Numbered from the stretch's first letter, positions 1 to 10,317 are shown. The stretch: DNA of 64,000 nt from Escherichia coli (GCF_041886205.1 NZ_CP169031.1), one strand, 5' to 3'. Program-made: numbers and translations. Notes: generated by a model from the letters alone, not told the origin.

Positions 1-198
1 AAGACGATCTAACTTCCATACGACCAGGGTGTCACCTCTGGAAAGCATACGCAAAACCTTTTTTAGCCCAGGGCGTTCAGTCTGTTTGCCGCTCGCCTTA
101 TCCTCAAAAATTAGCTCACATCCTGCGCTTTCAAGGGCATTTCGTTGCAAAGCAGTGTTTTGTTCATTTGTTGATACGCGTACATAGCCGATCAGCAT
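1..198 (-). CDS. cin: Serine recombinase (DNA invertase, Cin/Gin/Hin family), N-terminal 66 aa; gene continues beyond window start
   Basis: Minus-strand ORF not in track (runs off window edge): ATG at 198..196, translation MLIGYVRVSTNEQNTALQRNALESAGCELIFEDKASGKQTERPGLKKVLRMLSRGDTLVVWKLDRL has the catalytic-Ser N-terminal motif (YVRVST) of invertases/resolvases. Confidence 0.8.
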   Translation of the reverse strand, partial: MLIGYVRVSTNEQNTALQRNALESAGCELIFEDKASGKQTERPGLKKVLRMLSRGDTLVVWKLDRL

Positions 199-261
199 GA
201 TTTTTACTCTAACCGGCTCATTTAAACCGTCTGGTCTGTTTCCTCCGGCTCTACAAAAATA

Positions 262-939
262 ATGTCCATCATTTTTAATGGACACTATCGTATGAAACAC
301 CGGACCTGGATCACTGAAGCTTTACGTCTTCACTTTGAAGAACATTTACCCCGGGTTGTGGCCGGGCGTCGCCTGGGTGTACCAAAATCAACAGTTTGTA
401 GTATGTTCGTGCGCTTTCGGAGAGCTGGCCTTTCGTGGCCTTTGCCCGCAGGCATGTCGGAGCAGGAACTTGATGCCTGCCTTTACGGACAATTTTCCAC
501 GGTACCAGTCGTACGTCCTGAAAGCACCGTTATATCCGAAGCCCCCGTGGTAAAAAAACGTCCCCGGCGGCCCAACTTCCCTTATGAGTTTAAAATCGCC
601 TTAGTGGAGCAGTCACTGCAGCCCGGAGCCTGTGTGGCGCAGATCGCCCGGGAAAACGGAATCAACGATAACCTGCTCTTCAACTGGCGCCATCAATACC
701 GGAAAGGTGGCCTGCTGCCTTCCGGAAAAAATATGCCGGCACTGCTTCCCGTGACGTTAACGCCGGAGCCGGATAATAAAATCCCGGCCCCCGCACAGGA
801 ACCAGAGCAGATAAATACACCGTCCGACAGTCTGTGTTGTGAGCTGGTTCTGCCGGCCGGAACTCTCAGGCTTAAAGGTAAACTGACGCCGGCGTTATTA
901 CAGACACTTATCCGCGAAATAAAAGGGAGCAGCCACTGA
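262..939 (+). CDS. tnpA: IS66-family accessory protein TnpA (HTH)
   Basis: 225 aa; C-terminal half (PRRPNFPYEFKIALVEQSL...IARENGINDNLLFNWRHQY) resembles IS66 OrfA HTH; stop overlaps tnpB start (ATGA at 936-942). Confidence 0.75.
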   Translation: MSIIFNGHYRMKHRTWITEALRLHFEEHLPRVVAGRRLGVPKSTVCSMFVRFRRAGLSWPLPAGMSEQELDACLYGQFSTVPVVRPESTVISEAPVVKKRPRRPNFPYEFKIALVEQSLQPGACVAQIARENGINDNLLFNWRHQYRKGGLLPSGKNMPALLPVTLTPEPDNKIPAPAQEPEQINTPSDSLCCELVLPAGTLRLKGKLTPALLQTLIREIKGSSH

Positions 940-1286
940 TGATATCTCTCCCTGCAGGTTCGCGTATCTGGCTGGTTGCAGGTATCACCGATATGCGAAA
1001 TGGCTTTAACGGCCTGGCATCAAAAGTTCAGAACGTCCTGAAGGATGACCCGTTCTCCGGACACCTGTTCATCTTCCGCGGACGCCGGGGTGACCAGATA
1101 AAAGTGTTGTGGGCTGACAGTGACGGACTGTGCCTCTTCACCAAACGCCTGGAGCGGGGCCGCTTCGTCTGGCCAGTCACCCGTGACGGCAAGGTGCACC
1201 TTACTCCGGCTCAGTTATCCATGCTTCTTGAAGGTATCAACTGGAAGCACCCGAAACGAACGGAACGCGCTGGAATCCGCATATAA
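939..1286 (+). CDS. tnpB: IS66-family TnpB (IS66 Orf2-like)
   Basis: 115 aa MISLPAGSRIWLVAGITDMRNGFNGLASKVQ...HLFIFRGRRGDQIKVLWADSDGLCLFTKRLE, a highly conserved IS66 Orf2 sequence. Confidence 0.9.
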   Translation: MISLPAGSRIWLVAGITDMRNGFNGLASKVQNVLKDDPFSGHLFIFRGRRGDQIKVLWADSDGLCLFTKRLERGRFVWPVTRDGKVHLTPAQLSMLLEGINWKHPKRTERAGIRI

Positions 1287-1305
1287 CCCGTTGTAAAGTG
1301 AGGAT

Positions 1306-2877
1306 ATGGACACCTCACTTGCTCATGAGAACGCCCGCCTGCGGGCACTGTTGCAGACGCAACAGGACACCATCCGCCAGATGGCTGAATACAACCGCCT
1401 GCTCTCACAGCGGGTGGCGGCTTATGCTTCCGAAATCAACCGGCTGAAGGCGCTGGTTGCGAAACTGCAACGTATGCAGTTCGGTAAAAGCTCAGAAAAA
1501 CTTCGTGCAAAAACCGAACGGCAGATACAGGAAGCACAGGAGCGAATCAGCGCACTTCAGGAAGAAATGGCGGAAACGCTGGGTGAGCAATATGACCCGG
1601 TACTGCCATCCGCCCTGCGCCAGTCTTCAGCCCGTAAACCGTTACCGGCCTCACTTCCCCGTGAAACCCGGGTTATCCGGCCGGAAGAGGAATGCTGTCC
1701 TGCCTGTGGTGGTGAACTCAGTTCTCTGGGATGTGATGTGTCAGAGCAACTGGAGCTTATCAGCAGCGCCTTTAAGGTTATCGAAACACAACGTCCGAAA
1801 CAGGCCTGTTGCCGGTGCGACCATATCGTGCAGGCACCAGTACCTTCAAAACCCATTGCACGCAGTTATGCCGGAGCGGGGCTTCTGGCCCATGTTGTCA
1901 CCGGGAAATATGCAGACCATCTGCCGTTATACCGCCAGTCAGAAATATACCGTCGTCAGGGAGTGGAGCTGAGCCGTGCCACACTGGGGCGCTGGACAGG
2001 TGCTGTTGCTGAACTGCTGGAGCCGCTGTATGACGTCCTGCGCCAGTATGTGCTGATGCCCGGTAAAGTCCATGCTGATGATATCCCCGTCCCGGTCCAG
2101 GAGCCGGGCAGCGGTAAAACCCGGACAGCCCGGCTGTGGGTCTACGTCCGTGATGACCGTAACGCCGGTTCACAGATGCCCCCGGCGGTCTGGTTCGCGT
2201 ACAGTCCGGACCGGAAAGGTATCCATCCACAAAATCACCTGGCCGGTTACAGCGGTGTGCTTCAGGCCGATGCTTACGGTGGTTACCGGGCGTTATACGA
2301 ATCCGGCAGAATAACGGAAGCCGCGTGTATGGCTCATGCCCGGAGAAAAATCCACGATGTGCATGCAAGAGCGTCCACCTACATCACCACGGAAGCCCTG
2401 CAGCGTATCGGTGAACTGTATGCCATCGAGGCAGAGGTCCGGGGCTGTTCAGCAGAACAGCGTCTGGCGGCAAGAAAAGCCAGAGCCGCGCCACTGATGC
2501 AGTCACTGTATGACTGGATACAGCAACAGATGAAAACACTGTCGCGTCACTCAGATACGGCAAAAGCGTTCGCATACCTGCTGAAACAGTGGGATGCACT
2601 GAACGTGTACTGCAGTAATGGCTGGGTGGAAATCGACAACAACATCGCAGAGAACGCCTTACGGGGAGTGGCCGTAGGCCGGAAAAACTGGATGTTCGCG
2701 GGTTCCGACAGCGGTGGTGAACATGCGGCGGTGTTGTACTCGCTGATCGGCACATGCCGTCTGAACAATGTGGAGCCAGAAAAGTGGCTGCGTTACGTCA
2801 TTGAACATATCCAGGACTGGCCGGCAAACCGGGTACGCGATCTGTTGCCCTGGAAAGTTGATCTGAGCTCTCAGTAA
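1306..2877 (+). CDS. tnpC: IS66-family transposase TnpC
   Basis: 523 aa with N-terminal coiled-coil, CxxC...CxxC zinc motif (CCPACGG...CCRCDH) and DDE core typical of IS66 transposases. Confidence 0.9.
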   Translation: MDTSLAHENARLRALLQTQQDTIRQMAEYNRLLSQRVAAYASEINRLKALVAKLQRMQFGKSSEKLRAKTERQIQEAQERISALQEEMAETLGEQYDPVLPSALRQSSARKPLPASLPRETRVIRPEEECCPACGGELSSLGCDVSEQLELISSAFKVIETQRPKQACCRCDHIVQAPVPSKPIARSYAGAGLLAHVVTGKYADHLPLYRQSEIYRRQGVELSRATLGRWTGAVAELLEPLYDVLRQYVLMPGKVHADDIPVPVQEPGSGKTRTARLWVYVRDDRNAGSQMPPAVWFAYSPDRKGIHPQNHLAGYSGVLQADAYGGYRALYESGRITEAACMAHARRKIHDVHARASTYITTEALQRIGELYAIEAEVRGCSAEQRLAARKARAAPLMQSLYDWIQQQMKTLSRHSDTAKAFAYLLKQWDALNVYCSNGWVEIDNNIAENALRGVAVGRKNWMFAGSDSGGEHAAVLYSLIGTCRLNNVEPEKWLRYVIEHIQDWPANRVRDLLPWKVDLSSQ

Positions 2878-3025
2878 ATATCAATACGGTTCTGACGAGT
2901 CGCTTACTTTTACTCTAATGCGTTGTTCTTATGAGTCTGCGAATTTTAAAGAACAAAGCGTTATGCACAGAAATAACAATCTGAATAGGTTCCTGCTTGA
3001 TTTTTGTTAGATCCGGGAGGAGCTT

Positions 3026-3310
3026 ATGCAGATTTTGATTTTTTTAATGTCCATTATTAGTGGAACCTATTTATTTCTTACTGGAGTTAGGCGTGGAGCT
3101 TATAAGCCATGTTTTTTACATTGGCTTGAAGCATGGCTGCTTGCCATAAAAGGTGGTTTTGTTGGTTTTTGTCTTGCAGAAGTTCAGTGGGGAAACTCAT
3201 TTTTGGATGTGGTTGCTTTTTTGATATGTAGTTGGAATAGCCATTTTGTATTAAGAATAACCAAAATATGGGTTTTTCACTTGATTTACGAATGTATTGG
3301 CAAATTATGA
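3026..3310 (+). CDS. Hypothetical small hydrophobic (membrane) protein
   Basis: 94-aa ORF in AT-rich DNA with strong RBS (GGGAGGAG, 6-nt spacer) before ATG; predicted 2-3 hydrophobic segments. Unusual composition, so could be non-coding. Confidence 0.35.
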   Translation: MQILIFLMSIISGTYLFLTGVRRGAYKPCFLHWLEAWLLAIKGGFVGFCLAEVQWGNSFLDVVAFLICSWNSHFVLRITKIWVFHLIYECIGKL

Positions 3311-3370
3311 ACAACCAGATGAGAAGTTACTTTGCATACCATTACCTCCTGACAACGTAGGAGGGAACTT

Positions 3371-3700
3371 GTGCTTGACACACAGGAATTAGCTCCAGTT
3401 GCTATTGCGCTCCTGCTTTCAGTAATTGGTGGGATAGGCACGTTCCTGATGGATGTCCGAGACGGTCGCCAGTCTGGCAATTTGTTGGGATTGGTTACGG
3501 AGATCTTTGTTGCAGTGACAGCTGGCGCGGTGGCGTACCTATTGGGGCAACACGAGGGCTGGGAGTTATCAATTACGTACTTAATGGTAACGATAGCCAG
3601 CAATAACGGTCATGAGGTGATTTCAGGGATGAAACGAGTGAATATCGATAGCATTCTGAATGTTCTTACAAGTTTGGTGAAAAAGGGAGGCGGGAAATGA
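3371..3700 (+). CDS. lydA: Holin (P1 LydA-like)
   Basis: 109 aa, GTG start preceded by GGAGGG; hydrophobic N-terminus (VAIALLLSVIGGIGTFLMD) typical of holins; first gene of lydA-lydB-hdf-darA cluster as in P1. Confidence 0.7.
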   Translation: MLDTQELAPVAIALLLSVIGGIGTFLMDVRDGRQSGNLLGLVTEIFVAVTAGAVAYLLGQHEGWELSITYLMVTIASNNGHEVISGMKRVNIDSILNVLTSLVKKGGGK

Positions 3701-4140
3701 TTGGCTGGGGTGTATGCGTTCTTGCGTTAGCCTTAGCCGATCGCTATTTGCTAAAACGCAAGGACATCACGCATTTAGAACTTGGTGATGTGGAAATTAA
3801 ACCGGGTTTCATCCGGGTGCCGTTCAAATACCGGTCTAAATTCCCGTTTTTGCGCGGCGCAACGGTCAGATATTGGATCCGCGATGTTCAGAAGCCAACG
3901 ACAGTGATTGAAGGCGAACAACGTTGTCTGACGTCGGCTGAACAGGGCGAAAACAGTGAATGGTTGTACATACCCACTGAATATATGGGTAAAGGAGAAC
4001 GGCTGTGGCATTTCAACGTCATGGTTACGCATGGCGACTCGTTCATTAACCCGTTGTATCGGATTTTCCCTGTTACTCAGCAAATCCGCAGAAGTTACGT
4101 AATAAATCTCGCACAGGATGTGTCAGATGACGAAAAATAA
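3697..4140 (+). CDS. lydB: Antiholin-like protein (P1 LydB-like)
   Basis: 147 aa, start overlaps lydA stop (translational coupling); position matches P1 lydB. Confidence 0.6.
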   Translation: MIGWGVCVLALALADRYLLKRKDITHLELGDVEIKPGFIRVPFKYRSKFPFLRGATVRYWIRDVQKPTTVIEGEQRCLTSAEQGENSEWLYIPTEYMGKGERLWHFNVMVTHGDSFINPLYRIFPVTQQIRRSYVINLAQDVSDDEK

Positions 4141-4729
4141 GTATGCAACGGTCGATTTTGACCAGGTTAATGAAAAGGGGCTGAAATCCCTTATCGCGGC
4201 GATCAATAAAACCGGTGTTACGGTAATTGAGGTTGACTCCAGCAACCGCGCAACAACGAAAGATGGCGTTAAAGTTAAAACCGCAAAGCTGGTTCTTAAC
4301 GACGGACAAATTCTTGCCATACAGGTAAACGATACTGGCGATATATCGTCTGTGAGGCTGAATGGAAAAGCTATTCCTAACGCTCAGTCGCCGGATATCA
4401 AGACGCTTGGTACCGTCATGGGGCAAGCGGCCCGCAAAAACTCCGCAAAATTCCAGAAATCACTGATCGCCAAAGCGAAACGTGTTGCCAATCCGGTAGA
4501 CAAGAAACCGGCAGTAAAATCCAACTTTCAGCGCCTGCAAGAGGCAAAACAGCGGAATGCTCAGGTGGTTGCCGCTTATAAATCAGCGCAGAACTCGGTG
4601 TCTTTCAATCAACAGCAGATCACTGATTTGCGGGCGAAGCTGGATAAGGAGACAGGCCGACTCAATAACGAAAAGGCCCGAAATGGCGAACTCAAACGCC
4701 GTCTTAAGCAACTGAAAGCAGGAAATTAA
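4127..4729 (+). CDS. hdf: Hdf (homologue of DarA fragment), Dar antirestriction/capsid morphogenesis
   Basis: 200 aa from second ATG (track ORF starts 4118); shares motif KNSAKFQ and basic coiled-coil region with the DarA encoded immediately downstream. Confidence 0.6.
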   Translation: MTKNKYATVDFDQVNEKGLKSLIAAINKTGVTVIEVDSSNRATTKDGVKVKTAKLVLNDGQILAIQVNDTGDISSVRLNGKAIPNAQSPDIKTLGTVMGQAARKNSAKFQKSLIAKAKRVANPVDKKPAVKSNFQRLQEAKQRNAQVVAAYKSAQNSVSFNQQQITDLRAKLDKETGRLNNEKARNGELKRRLKQLKAGN

Positions 4730-4730
4730 C

Positions 4731-6650
4731 ATGGAACAGTTCAATATCAATAAAGGGGTGACGATCAAACCTGGGCTTGACGTGCTTCCCCCGCCAGTGA
4801 CTGATGATGAATATCGCGCATTAATGGCCGGTGAGGACCGCTATCTGATGACGGAATCCAACACCCTGGAGGAAATCGAGGCTACGTTCTTCTATGACAC
4901 GCCGATCCACTGGTGTGCTACGGATTTACTGGAGGCGATTAGTTCTACTCGTTTGCAGCTACACCGGACCATGCAGGCATTTGTCCGGGCATTGAACCAG
5001 AAGCTGAATGGTACCGGAATCTCTGCGGGGAGTGATAAAACGGGGGATGTGGCCCAGAACGGTGCACGCGCGATCGGCGGGGCTGAAATTGGCCGGGCAC
5101 GTAACGTTAACGGGCTGCCGGTCCTGCCAGCCATTATTCCGCTCAGTGATGGTCAGACTATCAGCATTCTGTTTCATAGCCCGACAGCGGAAAACCGGAT
5201 CACCAATAGCGATACGCTGATTGCTTTCCAGTTCTTACTGAATAAAAAAGACGTTACTCATACCGTTGCTCCGATGAGTGGACGTGATATGACGCTGGCG
5301 CAGGTCACCATGAAACTTGCCAACCTTGCAGAGAAAAACTCGGCAAAATTCCAGCGTGCGCAGAAGAAGAAAAAAGCCCTGGTTGATGAAATAACCCAAC
5401 TACAGGCTGACAGTGACCAGAAAGAGGATGCCATGAGCGACCTCGCGGATCAGGTGGCAGCGGTAGAAGGGCAGAAGGTAGATCTGGAGCAGAAAATTAA
5501 CGCTGTTGCATCGGAAGCGGATTCTCTTTATGAAGAGAATGAGCGTTTGCAGACGGAGATTGATCAGCTCAATCGAACTGGTGGGCGCGAAACCATTGCT
5601 CCTGCGGGGATGACTGGTGGACACTCTCGCGCGATGACGGATCGCCTTGCAAGTATCAAAAATCGTATGCATATGAACGGGGAAGTGACGCTCAGTAATG
5701 GTGCATCAATGAAGCAATTCATTGAGGACGGTGAAGGGTATATCCAGTTAACCGATTCGGATGGCAGCGTGTACATGATCAAGGCTAAATCCATACAGGG
5801 TGTGGACATGGCAGATGCGATCGGCAAGCTGTTTAAAGCCTATAAAGCGGGTAATGTATCGGAATACCTGGTCCAACCAGAAGAACATAAACCGGAAAAC
5901 GTCGAACCTGAACCAGCGGAGGATACCGGTAGCTCTTCGCCTGAACCAGAAATCTCTGTAGGTGCATATCGATATGCCCTGCAAATGCGTCCGGCGGCCC
6001 CTGGCGCAATACCTGAAGGTAACAAAGCAATTCTGCCGCGCCCTGATGAAGGTGACCCGTATTATGAATATGCACGCTACGGCATTGCTACTTACGATAC
6101 CCCGCTTTCTGATCAGCAAATGAGTGAGTACGACCTGAAGTTATTGCCTCGCGAGGATTCTTTCGACTTCTTGGCGAAGACACTTACTAATGGTCCGTTT
6201 GGCAAATATGCACAAAAAGCTCTGGAGCTGGCCACCAGCTCACCAGACGAGTTCCGCGTAATGCTGAAAACTCAGTTTCAAAAAACTTTCCCCAATATTG
6301 CGTTTCCGGGGGGCGCTGGCACCGAGAAAATGGTGCAGAGCATGATCAATGCATTGCAGGCCGAAGTCGGTGAGATTACTCAGCCAGAACCTGCCCCGGC
6401 ACAGCCTGATGAAACGGTTAGCGAAGCAGATGCAGAGGCTAATAAAGCCATTGAATATCTCAATAACGTGATGGATATGCAAAGCACTGACATGGCGGAG
6501 ATCCGTAACGCCCGGGGTAATGTCCGGGAAGCGATTGCAGCCCTTCAGGCTGCCGGGCGTTTTGAGGAAAACGAAGAGCTGGTTAATGGCGCTGCTCGCC
6601 ACTTGGCTGATCTGCTGGTAGCAATCCAGAAAGCGGGGGTAGCGGCATGA
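4731..6650 (+). CDS. darA: DarA, internal head protein, defence against restriction
   Basis: 639 aa (same length as I recall for P1 DarA); follows hdf, precedes ddrA/ddrB; Glu/Ala-rich coiled-coil segments. Confidence 0.75.
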   Translation: MEQFNINKGVTIKPGLDVLPPPVTDDEYRALMAGEDRYLMTESNTLEEIEATFFYDTPIHWCATDLLEAISSTRLQLHRTMQAFVRALNQKLNGTGISAGSDKTGDVAQNGARAIGGAEIGRARNVNGLPVLPAIIPLSDGQTISILFHSPTAENRITNSDTLIAFQFLLNKKDVTHTVAPMSGRDMTLAQVTMKLANLAEKNSAKFQRAQKKKKALVDEITQLQADSDQKEDAMSDLADQVAAVEGQKVDLEQKINAVASEADSLYEENERLQTEIDQLNRTGGRETIAPAGMTGGHSRAMTDRLASIKNRMHMNGEVTLSNGASMKQFIEDGEGYIQLTDSDGSVYMIKAKSIQGVDMADAIGKLFKAYKAGNVSEYLVQPEEHKPENVEPEPAEDTGSSSPEPEISVGAYRYALQMRPAAPGAIPEGNKAILPRPDEGDPYYEYARYGIATYDTPLSDQQMSEYDLKLLPREDSFDFLAKTLTNGPFGKYAQKALELATSSPDEFRVMLKTQFQKTFPNIAFPGGAGTEKMVQSMINALQAEVGEITQPEPAPAQPDETVSEADAEANKAIEYLNNVMDMQSTDMAEIRNARGNVREAIAALQAAGRFEENEELVNGAARHLADLLVAIQKAGVAA

Positions 6651-7012
6651 CACTATCAGCTATTGAGTTAATGGATCTCAGCGATAAGTTGGATGCTTTG
6701 ATGTCCAAAGCGGCTACCGCGAGTGGCATGGAGTTGCTGGATATCAGCGATGAAATTGACCAGATCATGCAACAGATGGGGTACGGTGTGTCCGGCGGCA
6801 GTAGTGGCGAGGAAAAACAACCTTCGGTACATGATGGTGTGCCAAAACTGGTTGCTGATTTCCTGGCTGATAAATTCGTCGATCAGAGCACCGATGCATT
6901 TATCGGTACCTTGCAGGATTTGAGTCAATATGTTGGCACATACATCGACCTGGACCAGGTTAAACAGCACACGGCGGCATGGATAGCCGCCAACATTAAA
7001 GAGGCAGCATAA
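6647..7012 (+). CDS. ddrA: DdrA-like protein (downstream of darA)
   Basis: 121 aa acidic protein overlapping darA stop; syntenic with P1 ddrA. Confidence 0.55.
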   Translation: MTLSAIELMDLSDKLDALMSKAATASGMELLDISDEIDQIMQQMGYGVSGGSSGEEKQPSVHDGVPKLVADFLADKFVDQSTDAFIGTLQDLSQYVGTYIDLDQVKQHTAAWIAANIKEAA

Positions 7013-7024
7013 GGCGTAACAGGG

Positions 7025-10012
7025 ATGAGCTTAAGCGATCAGGTGGTAATGGCCACCAGCATAGAAACGCTGATCGAGCTGCTAAAGAACCTGCCCGGTT
7101 ATGGGCGGGTTTCGTATGTGGTGACAGCGAAGGGAGACGAGGTAAAAACAGCGTTTGATATCGTCGATGCCTCAGCTCTTTTGGTATCCAATACTCTGGA
7201 TGGGAAAATTAATCCTGACTATCCCCAGGAACTTCAGCCGCGCGACCGGACCCGCGCATCCAGCCTTCTTCAGGTTAACCAGATATCCAAAGATTTGCGG
7301 CCTGCTCAGCTTACTGATTCCGGTTTATCCAGCCATGGTGCGCCGATAATTGGTGAGGACAATGCCGTTGAGTCAGGTAATGGACGGACCATGGGGATCA
7401 TCAAAGCCTATCAGGACGGCAATGCGGATCGGTATCGTGAGTACCTGATTGATCATGCGACCGAATTCGGCATACGACCTGAAAAGGTTGAATCAATGAC
7501 GGCTCCGGTACTGGTGCGCCGCCGGTTAACCAAGGTTGACCGCGTTCAGTTTGCCAAGGACTCAAATATTTCTGATCTTCAGGAAATGGCAGCCAGTGAA
7601 AAGGCTTTTGTTGATGCCGACAGCATAACACCGGCGATGATGGCGCTTTTTAACCCGTCAGAAAGCGGAGATCTGCTTAGCCGCAGTAATGACGCGTTTA
7701 TTCGCGGATTTATGACGCAAGTTGGTGCCACACAGGCGGCTGGCCTTGTAACTGAAGATGGGCGACCAACACGGCAACTTGTAGACCGTATACAAAACGC
7801 GATCTTTGCCAAGGCATATAAGGATGCGCGCCTGGTAAGGATGGTTGCAGAAGAACCTGATCCGGACATGCGTAATGTTCTGACGGCGCTTAATGCGGCA
7901 GCCAATGATTTTGTCCAGATGCAGGCTTTATCAGGAGAAGCGCACAAGCAGGCTGTGACAACTATTGTTGATGGCATTGAGACAGCGGATAGCCTCGATA
8001 AAAAGGCGCTGGCGGCATTGAAAGATGCGGTAGACCTGGTAAGGCAATCGAAGGAGTCAGGCCAGCATATTACCGATGTTATTGCTCAGGGGGATATGTT
8101 CAGCGAAACGGCCCCGGAAGTGAAAGCACTCGCGTTGTTCATCGTCGCGAATAACCGTAGCGCGAAGCGTATGGCCTCCGCCTTTAAGTTGATGGCTCAA
8201 CGTATCAATGATGAGTTACAGCACCAGGGCCAGGCGCTGGGGGATATGTTTGGCGGTGGTGATGTGTCGTTACAGGATATCCTTCGCCAGGTGTCTCAGG
8301 AACTGGAAAACGAAGGCATGCAAGGGATATCCGGCGGTCTTTTCGAGTCCGTTTCCGGCGGTAGTTACAATGGTGTTGCTCCATATACCAGTTTGCTATT
8401 ACATCGGGCATCCGGCATCAAAGACATTATTCATCTGATCAGGCTGCTTTCCCGTACAGATCCCCAGGATGAACAGCTTGTACAAGTGCTTGCGCATTTT
8501 GTTCGAATGCCTGTTGCCGACGTGAAAAAATGGTGCCGATTATTCGGTATCAGCAATTCGTTACTTCGCGGCTTGTTAAATCACGCATCCTCCCTTGGGC
8601 GCGATGGCTTTGACGAGATAGCGCAGGCGATAAAAAACGGAGATATGCCACCAGCTATTGACTGGTTTTCCATTCGCCCAACCAGGGTGAAAGCATTCCT
8701 TAGCGCGGCGCATTCGGCATCACCATTGGCAGAAATGGTTCAGAGGTTGTCGCTCATATTCACAGACCATACCGCGTTGGGTGATTTGACTCTGGACGAG
8801 ATGAAAGAAGCCTCCATTCAGTGGGCCGATCAACAAAATGAGGTTAACTCTGACTTCTTGCCAGCATTCAGGAAGGCCGTTAGTAAAGCTGATGATGCCC
8901 GTGGAATTCTGAGGGCATTTAAGGCATTGCAAAGTCAGGTTAATAAACATGTCGGTGATATCGATGGGGTAACGGCGGAAGGCAGGGATATCCTTAAAGA
9001 GCACGGCATAACGCCAGAGTTTATTGATGAGATCAGGACTGATATGCAGCGTGAGGTCGTATCGTCCCTGCAAATCGTAGCCAGAGCGTTGGCGGATGCT
9101 AATCCGAAGAGTGCGGCCATTGTTAACCGTGTTATTGGTGATATTGAAGCATCGGAGGGCATGGGGGCGCTGAAACTCTTCCTTTCGCGAGCGTTTAATC
9201 CTAACGGCAATATTCTCCCCGGCATTATTGGTGAGGCTAAAAAGTATGTCAGCGAAGAAGAACTTGAGCATCTTGACCAACTACTTAAGCGATTCTCATA
9301 TAACCCGCAGACACGCTGGCAAATGAATCAGCAAAGTATGGGTTCGGTCCACGAGAAAGTGTTATCTGCCATGAACAGTGCGATCGCCAACTCATCCGTA
9401 TCTGAAGAAAAAGCTCTTGAGTGGGCCGACTCTTTTATCACGGAAGAAGTGGAAGAAGCCCGCGCTGGACAGAATGGTGGGATAGACCTGCGCAAGGAAC
9501 TTGCTGATATTTATCGCCTGACCGGCGGTAAAATTTCGACCTTATCAAAGGTGGTTCACCACCAGGGAAGGGCATATGCAAATATTAATGGTGTTGTTGC
9601 TGTCAATTTGAACGATGAAAATGCAAGTGCACTGTGGCACGAGCTGGGTCATCATCTTGAGTACAGTAACCCTGGTTTGTTAGAGAAAGCCCGGTCATTC
9701 CTGAAGGCCAATGTTGAAGGGGATAAGCCATCTTTCGTTAATATCGGTGGGCGTGGCAAGCCTGAATGGTGCTTCAGATCTCGATTGAGTAATATTTATA
9801 TGGCGAAGGTATACCCGCCAGCCTCAGTAAGTAACACCGGGAAAATTCGGCAGAAATCACCGACTATTTCCAAAACGTCAGCAACGGAAGTATTCTCTAT
9901 GGCTCTTCAGTTGTATCATGACAAAGAGGCCGCTGCCGCATCACTGATGAATGGTGACGGATTGCTGGAACTGTTATTAGGTGTGGCAAAGGAGCTAAAT
10001 AATGCAGATTAA
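7025..10012 (+). CDS. ddrB: DdrB-like large virion protein (Dar system)
   Basis: 995-aa ORF after ddrA; length and position match P1 ddrB as recalled. Confidence 0.65.
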   Translation: MSLSDQVVMATSIETLIELLKNLPGYGRVSYVVTAKGDEVKTAFDIVDASALLVSNTLDGKINPDYPQELQPRDRTRASSLLQVNQISKDLRPAQLTDSGLSSHGAPIIGEDNAVESGNGRTMGIIKAYQDGNADRYREYLIDHATEFGIRPEKVESMTAPVLVRRRLTKVDRVQFAKDSNISDLQEMAASEKAFVDADSITPAMMALFNPSESGDLLSRSNDAFIRGFMTQVGATQAAGLVTEDGRPTRQLVDRIQNAIFAKAYKDARLVRMVAEEPDPDMRNVLTALNAAANDFVQMQALSGEAHKQAVTTIVDGIETADSLDKKALAALKDAVDLVRQSKESGQHITDVIAQGDMFSETAPEVKALALFIVANNRSAKRMASAFKLMAQRINDELQHQGQALGDMFGGGDVSLQDILRQVSQELENEGMQGISGGLFESVSGGSYNGVAPYTSLLLHRASGIKDIIHLIRLLSRTDPQDEQLVQVLAHFVRMPVADVKKWCRLFGISNSLLRGLLNHASSLGRDGFDEIAQAIKNGDMPPAIDWFSIRPTRVKAFLSAAHSASPLAEMVQRLSLIFTDHTALGDLTLDEMKEASIQWADQQNEVNSDFLPAFRKAVSKADDARGILRAFKALQSQVNKHVGDIDGVTAEGRDILKEHGITPEFIDEIRTDMQREVVSSLQIVARALADANPKSAAIVNRVIGDIEASEGMGALKLFLSRAFNPNGNILPGIIGEAKKYVSEEELEHLDQLLKRFSYNPQTRWQMNQQSMGSVHEKVLSAMNSAIANSSVSEEKALEWADSFITEEVEEARAGQNGGIDLRKELADIYRLTGGKISTLSKVVHHQGRAYANINGVVAVNLNDENASALWHELGHHLEYSNPGLLEKARSFLKANVEGDKPSFVNIGGRGKPEWCFRSRLSNIYMAKVYPPASVSNTGKIRQKSPTISKTSATEVFSMALQLYHDKEAAAASLMNGDGLLELLLGVAKELNNAD

Positions 10013-10313
10013 AATCGCAGCGCCATTAGGCGGAGATGCCATTATCGAATTTGATGATAATGAAGAAGTTTCCGGGCGTTTAAGCATTATCTCCGGTGAC
10101 ATTACCGAGGACATGATCGCTGAAGCCATAGCTGGGGCAAATCCCAATAGCTATATGGGATTCGTTAACACCCTTGATGCTCCCGCAAGTGATGTTCTCC
10201 GAACGCTGCATCTTTACGCTGGCTGGTTTGTTGATTGGCCAGCAGTAGATGGTGGCGATGAGGACGACGACGACGATGATTTTGGTGATCATGTAGACCA
10301 GATCGTATATTGA
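10002..10313 (+). CDS. Hypothetical acidic protein
   Basis: 103 aa, overlaps ddrB stop, C-terminal Asp/Glu run (GGDEDDDDDDFGD); followed by intrinsic terminator. Confidence 0.5.
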   Translation: MQIKIAAPLGGDAIIEFDDNEEVSGRLSIISGDITEDMIAEAIAGANPNSYMGFVNTLDAPASDVLRTLHLYAGWFVDWPAVDGGDEDDDDDDFGDHVDQIVY

Positions 10314-10317
10314 AGAA

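Larger units (their letters stand above)
213..2907 (+). mobile_element. IS66-family insertion sequence (tnpA-tnpB-tnpC); boundaries approximate
   Basis: Three consecutive ORFs typical of IS66 (accessory A, Orf2-like B, DDE transposase C). Right end ...GAGTCGCTTAC (2897-2907) matches the usual IS66 terminus; 11-bp direct repeat TTTTACTCTAA at 202-212 and 2908-2918 flanks the element. No convincing left inverted repeat found. Confidence 0.8.

Noticed and set aside
213-260. Left inverted repeat of the IS66 element
   Set aside because: No convincing match to the right terminus (GTAAGCGACTCG...) within the first 60 bp; left boundary left approximate.
1211-2768. Antisense and alternative-frame ORFs inside the IS66 tnpB/tnpC genes (e.g. 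1457-1972, 1898-2368, 2384-2755)
   Set aside because: Embedded in well-supported transposase frames; GC-rich frame artefacts.
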